Below, piece by piece: positions 8,515 through 17,296 of a DNA stretch of 44,250 nucleotides. The notes beneath the pieces were generated by a model. It ran no database searches and was not told where the DNA came from. It saw only the letters and a program-made list of their open reading frames with translations. The DNA comes from a virus. Its lineage: Duplodnaviria > Caudoviricetes. Each line of letters starts with the position of its first letter. The stretch's first letter is position 1. The stretch covers positions 1 through 44,250 of IMG/VR virus record IMGVR_UViG_3300037962_000599; one strand, given 5' to 3'. Made by a program: the position numbers and the translations under genes.

Positions 8515-9033
8515 ATGAGCCGGGATCGGATGGATCAGGGGTTGGACAAGGCCATCGGCAAGTTTGAAGAGGCCATTAAAGAGCTGGACTTGCCCAGTGA
8601 TGGCGAGGAACGCACCGTGAGCATCACGGTAGGGGGGAATAATGATGGCCATATCACGCTAGGCCACCACATCACCATTAACCCACCTGCTGATGCTCAC
8701 GCAGCGCCGCCGCTTACCACCGAGCAGCTCAGAGAAATAGCCGAGCAGAGCAAGCGGGAAGCACGACAAAGCTGGCTGCGTAACCGTCTGAACATCCCCA
8801 CGGCCATCATGTTTTTTTTGATCGGCCTCGCCGTCACCGGGGTTTTTAGCGGTTATCTGCTCTCAGTGCCGATGAGCACGGCCAACCTGCTCTTGATCGG
8901 TGGTGGCATTATTTTTTTCATCGCAGGCGTTTGGGCAAACCGCATTGGCGAAGTTGAGCGCGGGATCTTCAAGCAGGCGCGCGCGCGAGCCATACAGGCT
9001 AAGCAGGAGCTGCAGCGGCGGCGGTTTTCGTAA
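8515..9033 (+). CDS. hypothetical membrane protein (2 predicted TM helices)
   Basis: Hydrophobic segments AIMFFLIGLAVTGVFSGYLL and LLLIGGGIIFFIAGVW; directly downstream of the repressor. Confidence 0.7.
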   Translation: MSRDRMDQGLDKAIGKFEEAIKELDLPSDGEERTVSITVGGNNDGHITLGHHITINPPADAHAAPPLTTEQLREIAEQSKREARQSWLRNRLNIPTAIMFFLIGLAVTGVFSGYLLSVPMSTANLLLIGGGIIFFIAGVWANRIGEVERGIFKQARARAIQAKQELQRRRFS

Positions 9034-9129
9034 CCCTGGCCATGCGGAATGGCTGGGTATTTAACAGTTAGAACGTTAAGGCATAGAGGCAGCTTTGAGA
9101 CTGCCGAAAGCAACACAAGGGGATAGGGG

Positions 9130-10002
9130 ATGGATGATATTGCGATAGTGGCGGGCTTTATTCTTGGCGTCGGTGCGTGGATAGGCATTGCCCACTCAAT
9201 GAAACGTAACGGCAGGCCTTGGTGGTGGCGTCATTTGTCTGGAGCGACGTTAGCACCGCTTACGGTAATCGGCGGCTCTGTTCTGTTTGCTAGCCTGGGC
9301 GGCGTTACCGATCAAGAGGGCGTTCCTCTAGGTGCAGGAGGTGCGTTGGCAGGTTTGGTCGTGTTGCTACCAACGATTATTGCGTTAGCCATTTCATGGC
9401 GAACTGCTAAGCGGCAAGCGCCGACAGCCTCTGAACCAAAGCTTCAACCAGAAACTCAGGCAGAGCCAACACCAAAGCCAACGCCAACGCCAACACCAAC
9501 ACCAACACCAAAGCCTAAGCCCATCCCAAATGAGTCTGCTGCTGAGCCGGGCAACCTGCTTTTTGTATATGAAAACGCTGAGGGTGAGCAGAGCACCCGA
9601 GAACTTCGTAGCTGGAACGCTTCAGGCCGCTATATAAAGGGCTACTGCTTGAAGAGCGGTGCCATTCGAACCTTCCGCCGCGATCGGATCTTAGAATTTT
9701 TGGATGGCGAAGAGCTCCTGATGTCAGCATCGCCGCCTGCCAGCCCCGCTTCCTCTGTACCAGACCGCCCGCTTGAGATCCTTTTTACCGGCTTCGATGC
9801 CGATGCTCGAGACGAGCTGGAGGAGGAGGCCGAACTCGAAGGCATGGTGGTGCGGAAAAGCCTAACAAAAAACCTCGATTTTCTCTGTGCTGGACCGAAT
9901 GCCGGGCCGCGCAAACTAAGCGAGGCCAAAAGAAAAGGCGTGACGGTGATGGATGAGCCCGCCTTTCTGGAGTTTCTGGACACTGGCGTTTTGCCTAATT
10001 GA
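9130..10002 (+). CDS. membrane-anchored protein with Pro/Thr linker, WYL-like domain and C-terminal BRCT domain
   Basis: About 3 N-terminal TM segments, (PT)n linker, FVYENAEGEQSTR...GYC...IRTFRRDRI (WYL-like), ILFTGF...LTKNLDFLCAG.NAGP.KL..A...GV (BRCT). Confidence 0.8.
   Translation: MDDIAIVAGFILGVGAWIGIAHSMKRNGRPWWWRHLSGATLAPLTVIGGSVLFASLGGVTDQEGVPLGAGGALAGLVVLLPTIIALAISWRTAKRQAPTASEPKLQPETQAEPTPKPTPTPTPTPTPKPKPIPNESAAEPGNLLFVYENAEGEQSTRELRSWNASGRYIKGYCLKSGAIRTFRRDRILEFLDGEELLMSASPPASPASSVPDRPLEILFTGFDADARDELEEEAELEGMVVRKSLTKNLDFLCAGPNAGPRKLSEAKRKGVTVMDEPAFLEFLDTGVLPN
9466..9522 (+). repeat. degenerate hexanucleotide repeat (CCAACR/CCAAAG) encoding a PT/PK linker
   Basis: ccaacaccaaagccaacgccaacgccaacaccaacaccaacaccaaagcctaagccc. 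Confidence 0.8.
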
Positions 10003-10085
10003 GCGAGGCAGTGATTTAGGCTGCTCTCTCGCAAAATCTGGCCAACCTACCCCCGCTAATTGCTCCAGATTTCACGTACAGCCGC

Positions 10086-11099
10086 TTACGTTGCCAGGAT
10101 CTCCATGTTGACGCTGCAGGTGTAAGCGGTGTCGTTGAGGTCGTGGCCTACTTCGGTGATGACCCAGGGCCTCGCATCAATCGCGGCCTTCCAGCCGGAA
10201 AGGGTGACGGGGGTTTCGGGGTAGAGGTCAGGTCTTCCTTCGGCCAGGCTTACCGTGCATTCGGCGCCGCCGCGCTGAATGCGCTGCCATTCGCTTTGTG
10301 CGGCGGCGTTGGCGTCATCTTCGGTGGCGTAGGTGTGGCGTAGGCTTTTGGGGTTTTCATCGCTGCCGGTGATCACCTCTTGGCGCTCGGCAGCGTCGGG
10401 GTCGTGCCAGTAGGCGCGCACCCCGGTGAAGGCCTCGCGGTCGGTTTCGGTATAGCGGTGGCTGTCACCCTGGTGGCGGTAGAGCGTGACCGGGGCGATG
10501 GCTTGGCCGCTCGCCGTGCTGCCTTGGCCTGCGGGCATGAACAGCAGCCGGCCCGCCTTGATGGTGGCAATGGCGTCGTACTGCTCTGCCAGGCGGGTGA
10601 GGAAGTGCAAATCCGATTCGTTGGTCTGGTCGATGTGCTCGAGGTAGATCCCGCGCAGCGCTTCGCCGATGGCGGGTTCTAGGTCGTTTCGCCCAGCGAT
10701 GGCGTCGATGATGTCGCCCAGGGTGAGCTCGTGCCAGTCCTGCGAGCGCTTGCCGGGCAGCTGCTGACGCATATCGGCGCTTCGGGCGCGGATAGTGAGC
10801 GTGTCGGGTGCACCGCTGTGCTCTATTTCGTCAACGATAAAGATGCCGCGCTCCACCAGACCTTCATGTTGCCAGCCAATCGCTAGCGTTAGCTCGACCC
10901 CGCGGCGGGGCAGCTCGAGGCGGCCATCGTGGTCGCTCAGTGTGATGTCCAGCTGGTCGGCCTCGAAGCCGCGCCGATCAGTCAAGCGTAGGCGCATCAG
11001 CCGGGCGTCTAGCTCGGGGCTGATCAGTTGCCCGCCAATGGTGAGCCGGTACCCGGGGGCGCGCGGCGGGCGCCCCTGCTGTTGACGCGCCCAGCTCAT
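10086..11099 (-). CDS. D: late control/baseplate hub protein gpD
   Basis: LTDRRGFEADQLDITL, DEIEHSGAPD.L.IRARSAD, HIDQTNESD..FL.RLA. Confidence 0.93.
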   Translation of the reverse strand: MSWARQQQGRPPRAPGYRLTIGGQLISPELDARLMRLRLTDRRGFEADQLDITLSDHDGRLELPRRGVELTLAIGWQHEGLVERGIFIVDEIEHSGAPDTLTIRARSADMRQQLPGKRSQDWHELTLGDIIDAIAGRNDLEPAIGEALRGIYLEHIDQTNESDLHFLTRLAEQYDAIATIKAGRLLFMPAGQGSTASGQAIAPVTLYRHQGDSHRYTETDREAFTGVRAYWHDPDAAERQEVITGSDENPKSLRHTYATEDDANAAAQSEWQRIQRGGAECTVSLAEGRPDLYPETPVTLSGWKAAIDARPWVITEVGHDLNDTAYTCSVNMEILAT

Positions 11100-11551
11100 G
11101 CCAGTGCCCCGGCAATGTTGCCGCTGCGCAGCCGGCCAAAGGCGGCGGCCAGGCTGCCCAGCCGTTCAGCACTTTCGTCATCGATGCGCTGCAGGGTGAG
11201 CGAAAACGCGATGCGCTGGGCGCTGCCGTCACGCATTTGGTGGCTCTTGGTCTCGCTCATGCCTTCGATCACGTAGAGCCCGTAGAAAATGCCGCTGCCT
11301 TCGATCAGCGGCCAGGCACCGCCTTCGTCGGCCATTTCGCGCAGCTCATCCAGGTTCTGCTGCCCGCCGGTGAGGTGGGGTAGCAGCGTGCCGGTGAGCG
11401 TGATGGTGTCATCGCCTGGGCCGAGAAACTGGCGGGCAGGGCGCTTGCCTACCCGGCCTTGGCCGTCGTGACGCCAGGCGGTTTGACGCTGCAGCTCCTG
11501 GTACGGCGCGGAGTTGAGCGCGAAGACGAACATGCCGTAAGCCATCATCAT
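11096..11551 (-). CDS. U: tail protein gpU
   Basis: MMMAYGMFVF...PYQ.LQR...WRH...RVG.RPA.QFLGPG.D.ITL.G.L.P. Confidence 0.93.
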   Translation of the reverse strand: MMMAYGMFVFALNSAPYQELQRQTAWRHDGQGRVGKRPARQFLGPGDDTITLTGTLLPHLTGGQQNLDELREMADEGGAWPLIEGSGIFYGLYVIEGMSETKSHQMRDGSAQRIAFSLTLQRIDDESAERLGSLAAAFGRLRSGNIAGALA

Positions 11552-11561
11552 GGGTGCTTCC

Positions 11562-11951
11562 TCAACAGTCAGTCAGCACGGCGCCGTCATCGGCGAAGGC
11601 GGTGCTGGAAGATGAATGAGAGCCCCTGCTCGATCTACATCCAGAGCAGAGCTTGCCGGTGTTGCGCTCCACACGAAGGGCGTTGTCGTCCCAAAGCTCG
11701 AGCATATCGGGGTCTTTGCTGTTAGTGATGCCGCACTTTTCGATGTCGTGACGCATCAGCCAGCTTTCTAGCTCATCGACCTGGCCTTGATCGAGCTTTC
11801 TGGCGGTCATTATCTTTACCGCCTTGCCACTGGCCAGCCAGCGCTTGACGCGATTGAGCATTGGTTGAACGGGCTTGCCAATCCGCCTGCCCGTAGTGCC
11901 GGTGATTTCTGCCAATGTCCCGTCGAGATCTACGCCGATCCATCGTGCCAT
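11562..11951 (-). CDS. HAD-superfamily (polynucleotide 3'-phosphatase-like) small protein with a gpO-like C-terminal tail
   Basis: HAD motif I WIGVDLDGTLA, motif II MTAR, conserved K, motif IV WDD; RBS GAGG; ends DGAVLTDC. Confidence 0.78.
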   Translation of the reverse strand: MARWIGVDLDGTLAEITGTTGRRIGKPVQPMLNRVKRWLASGKAVKIMTARKLDQGQVDELESWLMRHDIEKCGITNSKDPDMLELWDDNALRVERNTGKLCSGCRSSRGSHSSSSTAFADDGAVLTDC

Positions 11952-11979
11952 GCTGTTTTCCTCTTCAGTCGAGTGCTAG

Positions 11980-14448
11980 TTAGTCAATGTCATGGAAGGC
12001 ACTGCGGCGGCGTGCGCCGGCATCGCGTTCTGCATTGGCCAGAGCCCGCTGAACTTCGGCAGCCACGTAGCGGGCCAGCGCCTGTTCGTCCATGCCAGGC
12101 GTAGCCTGAATGCTGATGTTGATGCCGCCCTCGATCGTGAGGCCTCCGCTGCTGGGCGAGGCGGCAAGCGGTGGCCTTGAGTCGAAGCTGGGCGTGGCTA
12201 GGGGCGCACTGTCGGCTGCGACACCACCGGAAGACAGCGCAGCCGCTCCGAGCATCAGGCCGCCGCCAGCCTGGCGTAGCGACTTGGCGAAGGCGTTAAC
12301 TTCGCGCAGCGGGCCGTCTTCCTCGCGTTTTATCCCCTGCTGGTAGCCTTCCATGGTGTTGACGCCGAACTCGGCGAACACCTTGGAGGGCGAGTTGATG
12401 CCGAGCTTGTCTTTAAACCACCCGGTCACTGCGCTGGCGGTATTGCCGATCGTGTCCTTGAGCATCTGCCACTTCTCATCGATGCCGCCAACCAGTCCTT
12501 CGAGCAGGTTGCCGCCGAACCCAGCGAACACGGTGGACGGTGAATTGATGCCGAGTGCCTCCTTGAACCAGCTGGTCACGCCGCTGGCCATACCGGTGAT
12601 CTTGTCTCTCAGCGCTTGCCACTTGGCATCAATGCCGCCGATCAGGCCGTCAATGAGCGCACCGCCCAGGCCGGTTAGCGTGGTGGGCAGCTCAATGCCG
12701 AGGGTGCTTAGCGCGGTACTAATGCCTCGCCAGAGGATGCCTAGCGGCGACCAGTTCACCAGCAAGCGAGTAACACCGCCAATGCCGTCGCTAAAGGCGG
12801 CCTTGATGCCCTCCCAAGCAGCACCGGCCTTGGCCTTGATGCCGGCCCAAAGCCCGCCGAACCAGGGGCCGATCCAGTCCCAGTTTTTGTATATCAGGTA
12901 GGCAACGCCTGCGACGGCGGCGATCCCTGCGATAATCCAGCCGATCGGCGTGGCGACGAAGGCAGCGGATAGCGCTTTAACGCCAGTGGCGACAATGGGC
13001 AGGGTGTTGGCAAACGCAGCCATGGCGCCGATAGCCTTGCCAATGCCCACGCCAAACGAGATAACGCTCAGAATAGCCTTGCCGGCAAACAGGGTGCCGA
13101 TCACCATGGCGAGGTTGTCAAAGCCACCCACGGCAGCGGCGGCTTTGGTGGTGAGCTCGCCTAACTTGGTGGCAAAGGTGGCCACGCCCCGGCCCAGCTC
13201 TAGAATGGCTGGTACCGCATTTTTTAGGCGATCGCCAAACTCACGTGCAAAAGCTTTAACCTGGTCGCGGTTCTCTCTTAGCCAGCCGGTTAGGTTTCTC
13301 ATCATTTCAGCGACGGAGGGCATCAGCTCGGCGCCAATGGTGTTTTTAACGCCTTTTAGGCTTAGCTGGGTGTCCAGCAGGGCGTCTTTGAAGTCTTCGC
13401 CACCGGCAGTGGCTTCGTCGCTGAGTACGTAGCCAGTATCGCGCGCGGCAGCAGCGTAGTCTGCCAGGCCGCCGCTACCATCCTTGAGCATGTTGACCAG
13501 TCCCACCCCGGCGCGTGAGTAAAGCTGGGCGGCGATAGCGTTGCGGCGGGTAGGGTTTTCTATTTGTGCCATGGCGTCGGCCACTTCATTCATAGCGTCG
13601 GCGACAGGCATATCAGCCAGCGCCTGAGCGTTCAGGCCGAGCGCTTCGTAACCCCTCACCGCCGCGCCGGTCCCGTCGGCAGCTTCACCCAGGCGTTTGG
13701 TAAAGGCGAGCATACTGGAGTCAAGCGTGGAGGTTGCCACGCCTGAGCGCTCGCCGGCATAGCGCAACTCTTGAAGCTCGGCGTTGGTTAAACCCAGCTT
13801 GGCGGCGGTCTTGCCAACATCATCGCCCAAGTCGGCAGTGGAATTGGCAATACCGAAGATACCGGCAGCGGCAGCGCCGCCAGCGACCAGGGCACGGCGC
13901 CCCAGACGCCCGATCTCGCCGGTCATTCTACTGAAGCGCCCCGAGACATCAGCATCGGCGAGACGACTCATGGCGTCACGCTGACGGTTCAGGCGTTCAT
14001 TGGTTTCGCGGATCTGCCGATCGAGCGCCTCCTGCTGGGCCGTCAGCCCTCGGGTGCCGTCGGCGGCCTTGGGCAGGTTGCGGGAGAGCTCGCGCACCCG
14101 CTCGCGCTGGTCGCGGTATTCGCCGCTGAGCTTATCAACGGCGCGCTGGGCTTTTTCCTGTTGCTGGGTCAGCCGCTTGGTGGGTCCAGTGGCGTTTTTT
14201 AGCTCCTGGTTGACCTGGTCGAGTGCCTGGCGTTTTTCGCGCAGGGCGTCGCGGGTCTGCAGGCTTTGCCGCGACATGTCGCGAAAGGCGCTGATGCGTT
14301 TTTGCTGGTCGTTGAAGTCCTTGAGCTCGCCGCGCGTCTCTTTCATGGCTTGGCCGACACCGCGGCTGCCTTTGAGGATCTTCTTGAGTGGACCGGTGGC
14401 CTTGTTAATGGCCTTGAGGGTGACGGATAGATTCAGGTCCTTGGCCAT
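11980..14448 (-). CDS. T: tail tape measure protein gpT
   Basis: 822 aa, helical and Ala/Gly-rich; IYKNWD and LGINSPS.VF repeats; position between E' and U. Confidence 0.93.
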   Translation of the reverse strand: MAKDLNLSVTLKAINKATGPLKKILKGSRGVGQAMKETRGELKDFNDQQKRISAFRDMSRQSLQTRDALREKRQALDQVNQELKNATGPTKRLTQQQEKAQRAVDKLSGEYRDQRERVRELSRNLPKAADGTRGLTAQQEALDRQIRETNERLNRQRDAMSRLADADVSGRFSRMTGEIGRLGRRALVAGGAAAAGIFGIANSTADLGDDVGKTAAKLGLTNAELQELRYAGERSGVATSTLDSSMLAFTKRLGEAADGTGAAVRGYEALGLNAQALADMPVADAMNEVADAMAQIENPTRRNAIAAQLYSRAGVGLVNMLKDGSGGLADYAAAARDTGYVLSDEATAGGEDFKDALLDTQLSLKGVKNTIGAELMPSVAEMMRNLTGWLRENRDQVKAFAREFGDRLKNAVPAILELGRGVATFATKLGELTTKAAAAVGGFDNLAMVIGTLFAGKAILSVISFGVGIGKAIGAMAAFANTLPIVATGVKALSAAFVATPIGWIIAGIAAVAGVAYLIYKNWDWIGPWFGGLWAGIKAKAGAAWEGIKAAFSDGIGGVTRLLVNWSPLGILWRGISTALSTLGIELPTTLTGLGGALIDGLIGGIDAKWQALRDKITGMASGVTSWFKEALGINSPSTVFAGFGGNLLEGLVGGIDEKWQMLKDTIGNTASAVTGWFKDKLGINSPSKVFAEFGVNTMEGYQQGIKREEDGPLREVNAFAKSLRQAGGGLMLGAAALSSGGVAADSAPLATPSFDSRPPLAASPSSGGLTIEGGINISIQATPGMDEQALARYVAAEVQRALANAERDAGARRRSAFHDID

Positions 14449-14460
14449 GCCGGCTCCTGG

Positions 14461-14595
14461 TTAGCGTCCCCGGGGCGCTTTCTTCGGGGGGTCGTGACGT
14501 TGGCGGGCGCGCTCTCGCCAGTCGGCGAGCTCTTCGAGAGGCATGGGGTCCATCTCGGCGGGGCCCCAATGGAATACCATGGCGAGATCCGCCAT
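14461..14595 (-). CDS. E': gpE' portion (tail assembly chaperone frameshift extension)
   Basis: MADLAMVFHWGPAEMDPMPLEELADWRERARQR; lies in the -1 frame of E and is open from the slippery site. Confidence 0.88.
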   Translation of the reverse strand: MADLAMVFHWGPAEMDPMPLEELADWRERARQRHDPPKKAPRGR

Positions 14596-14621
14596 GGCAT
14601 CTTCCACGCTATCGGGCAGAC

Positions 14622-14951
14622 TTAACTCTCGGCTTCTGCCTTCAAGCGCTTGGGTAGCAAAAAATTGCTCACCACGTTGCCCAACTGAAACAGGTCAGCC
14701 GGATCCATGTCGCGCAGTTCTGGCTCAGTCAGCGCAGGCTCTGTGATGCGGGGCAGCACGCGGGTAAGCGCCTGGACATCCATCTGAATCACATCAGACA
14801 GCGAGACGCCACGCAGGGCACCGGACTTGGGCTTGCGCACCTGGATCTCGGTGACGGTGGTCTTGCCGCGCTGGATTGGCGAGTCTAGCTCGACGGTCTC
14901 GGTCGGGGTGCGTGGCAGCTCGGCAACAGTGGCTTCTGTGTGTTCGGTCAT
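14622..14951 (-). CDS. E: tail assembly chaperone gpE
   Basis: V.LD.PI.RG...V....RKP..GALRGV.L...LPRIT.P.LT...MDPADL. Confidence 0.92.
   Translation of the reverse strand: MTEHTEATVAELPRTPTETVELDSPIQRGKTTVTEIQVRKPKSGALRGVSLSDVIQMDVQALTRVLPRITEPALTEPELRDMDPADLFQLGNVVSNFLLPKRLKAEAES
14658..14666 (-). promoter_or_regulatory. programmed -1 ribosomal frameshift site (E/E')
   Basis: Minus-strand AATTTTTTG, the T6G slippery run known from P2 E; the -1 frame continues FATQALEGRSRELSLPDSVEDAMADL. Confidence 0.85.
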
Positions 14952-15022
14952 GGTGGTAATCCTTGAGTGCAAGCGATGGCCACCGGATCGGTGGCCGTTG
15001 AATTAAGGGTTAACGGTGCCTG

Positions 15023-15532
15023 TTACAGGTTCAGCGCCTGGCGGCGCCCAGCGAGGCGGTCAACGCCGCGCACGCGGAAAACGTAGCCGGGCACATCGAT
15101 CTCGATGATCTCTTCGCCGTCGACCACGAGCTTGTAGTAGGTGCAGGTGGTGGTGACCTCGATGTTATTGCTATCGCCGGATGCCGCTTCGCCCATGGCA
15201 ATGGTCTTGTGGCGGCCGCGCACAGTAACCTCTACAGGCACGATCTGGCCGGTTTCGTCGGACTCATAGGAGCCTGAGAAGCGCAGCAGGTTGGCGTCGT
15301 GGATGGAGGTGCCGTATTCGGTGAAGATCTCCGTGATCATGCCGGCGGCCTGCCAGGACATCTCGATGATCTCTTGGCCCATGTCCAGCTCGACAGCGCC
15401 GTCCATGCCGCCGCCGCGATACCCTTCTACGGCGCGGGCCAGCTCGGGCAGGGTCAGCGAGGGGATCTGCCCTTGCCAGTTGTTACCGTCGCCGAACAGG
15501 TTGAAGTCTTTCAGCTTGCGGGGAAGTGCCAT
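15023..15532 (-). CDS. FII: tail tube protein gpFII
   Basis: MALPRKLK.FNLF.DG...YRGGGMDG...VRGRH...YYKL..DG..I.EID. Confidence 0.95.
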   Translation of the reverse strand: MALPRKLKDFNLFGDGNNWQGQIPSLTLPELARAVEGYRGGGMDGAVELDMGQEIIEMSWQAAGMITEIFTEYGTSIHDANLLRFSGSYESDETGQIVPVEVTVRGRHKTIAMGEAASGDSNNIEVTTTCTYYKLVVDGEEIIEIDVPGYVFRVRGVDRLAGRRQALNL

Positions 15533-15572
15533 GTGTCTTTTCTCCTATCGGTTCCCGATGCCGAACCGGCTA

Positions 15573-17084
15573 TCAGGCGGCGGCGACGCGGTCAGCGAAG
15601 TCCACGAGGTAGCGGTCAGTGATGCGCTGTTGGAACATCAAGTTCTCGAGCGGCGGTACCGGGGTGTAATCATAATCAATGTATAACTTGCCGCTTTTCA
15701 GCACTTCCTTGCTGTTGAGCTCGGCATCGAACCAGGCAGAACCGCCCAGCAGGTAGCCCTGGCGGATCCACTCGCGGAACTTGGCGTTAATACCTTCGAT
15801 AATGTCTTTCACCAGGGAGGGGTGCATCGGCAGGTCGACAGCCCAGAGGTGCGCCTCGGCAATCGTGTCCGCGATGATCTGTGCGGTGCGGGTGTAGTTC
15901 TCGAACGCAAACAACGGATCGATCGAGCAGGTGCGCGAGCCCCAGAAGCGATAGCCGCCTCGGTTAATCAGCGTGGTGACCTCGTGGCTGTTGAGGTAAC
16001 CAGCGTCGGTGTTGGGGTCTTGGAGATCCCAGAAGACGTCGCGCGAGATCCCGGTGACGCCGTTGACCGGCATGTTGGAGAGCGTCTTGTGCCAACCGAT
16101 CTGGTTGTCCAGCTTGGCGCGCATGCCCAGGGCGCGGGCGACGGCGGACATATTTCGGGTGCTGTTGGTGGCGGTATCCCAGCCGGTGAACTCTGGCCAG
16201 ATCACCATGACTTCACGAGCGCCGAAATTCTCGCGATACATCGCCGCTTCTTCTTTCGTGGTGCAGCCGCGGGCGTAGGCATAGACGAAGGCGCGCAGCT
16301 TCTGGGCGATGCCGATCATCTCGGCGGTGACATCAGCGTCGTCCAGCTCGGGCGCACCCAGCACACGCGGCTTCACGCCAAACTTCTGTTCGGCGGCGAG
16401 CAGGGCCTGCATGCCTAGCTTCTTGCCGCTTTCGCTTACCCCGCCGATCACGTTGGACTTGGTCTCTTCGGCATCGAGGCCTTCGGCAACGCGCACCACG
16501 ACCACCAGGGTCTTGGCTTGGTCGGCGATAGCATCGAGCGCTCGGGCCAGAGTTCCTTCGGTACCGGCTTGGCCCTGGGCAGCTAGTAGGTCGGTGAGTA
16601 GTACCGGGGTGTCGAGTGGGAAGGGTTCGCCTTCGCCATCGGTCAGGTTCTGGTAGCCGGTGGTTGAGACGATGCCGGTACCGGTGCCTTCCTCGGCTGC
16701 CGTGACCAGGGCGCTGGCCTCTGCGCTGGCATTGATGGCGGTGGCCACCTCAGCAGCAGTGCTGGTAATAGCGTTATCGATATCAGTGGCTAGGCTGACG
16801 GTGATGTCACTGCCTGAGACGGTGACTGCCAATGCGGCCGAGGCCATGGCGGGGTCGACATAGCGCACGCGAATGCCGTTGCCGTCGGTACCGGCATTGA
16901 TCGCCGTGTAAGTGACGCCGGAATCGACGGCAGCGAAGCCGATCACGCGACTGGCCGCCACGCCGGTAGCGGCGTCGGGGGCGGTGGCCACCAAACCGAT
17001 AACGGCCGTCGCGACGGTGCGGATCGGGCGGGTGCCTTCATTAATCTCAACGACACGAATGCCGTGGTGGTAGTCCTGGTCCAT
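15573..17084 (-). CDS. FI: tail sheath protein gpFI (with internal insertion)
   Basis: [50 protein letters not shown]. Confidence 0.95.
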   Translation of the reverse strand: MDQDYHHGIRVVEINEGTRPIRTVATAVIGLVATAPDAATGVAASRVIGFAAVDSGVTYTAINAGTDGNGIRVRYVDPAMASAALAVTVSGSDITVSLATDIDNAITSTAAEVATAINASAEASALVTAAEEGTGTGIVSTTGYQNLTDGEGEPFPLDTPVLLTDLLAAQGQAGTEGTLARALDAIADQAKTLVVVVRVAEGLDAEETKSNVIGGVSESGKKLGMQALLAAEQKFGVKPRVLGAPELDDADVTAEMIGIAQKLRAFVYAYARGCTTKEEAAMYRENFGAREVMVIWPEFTGWDTATNSTRNMSAVARALGMRAKLDNQIGWHKTLSNMPVNGVTGISRDVFWDLQDPNTDAGYLNSHEVTTLINRGGYRFWGSRTCSIDPLFAFENYTRTAQIIADTIAEAHLWAVDLPMHPSLVKDIIEGINAKFREWIRQGYLLGGSAWFDAELNSKEVLKSGKLYIDYDYTPVPPLENLMFQQRITDRYLVDFADRVAAA

Positions 17085-17170
17085 GGGGAGCTCCTGCGCA
17101 GGGTTGGTATGGTCGATGCATGACGTGCTGCCATGCTTGCGCGCGCAGGGCGTAGGCTCTAGCTCTGGTG

Positions 17171-17193
17171 GTTGTGGATGGTAGGGCTACAAC
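17171..17193 (-). promoter_or_regulatory. Ogr-type late promoter activator site (F operon)
   Basis: GTTGT-N13-ACAAC dyad upstream of FI, same spacing as the sites at 24071 and 30352. Confidence 0.8.
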
Positions 17194-17296
17194 GATTAGC
17201 CGGTGGTTGAGGCGTGAACGATAAGCTTGGGAGAGTTAGGTCGACTCGCTTGATTGAGGTAAGGTACGACCCGCTGCTTATTAAGGAGAACGCTAT

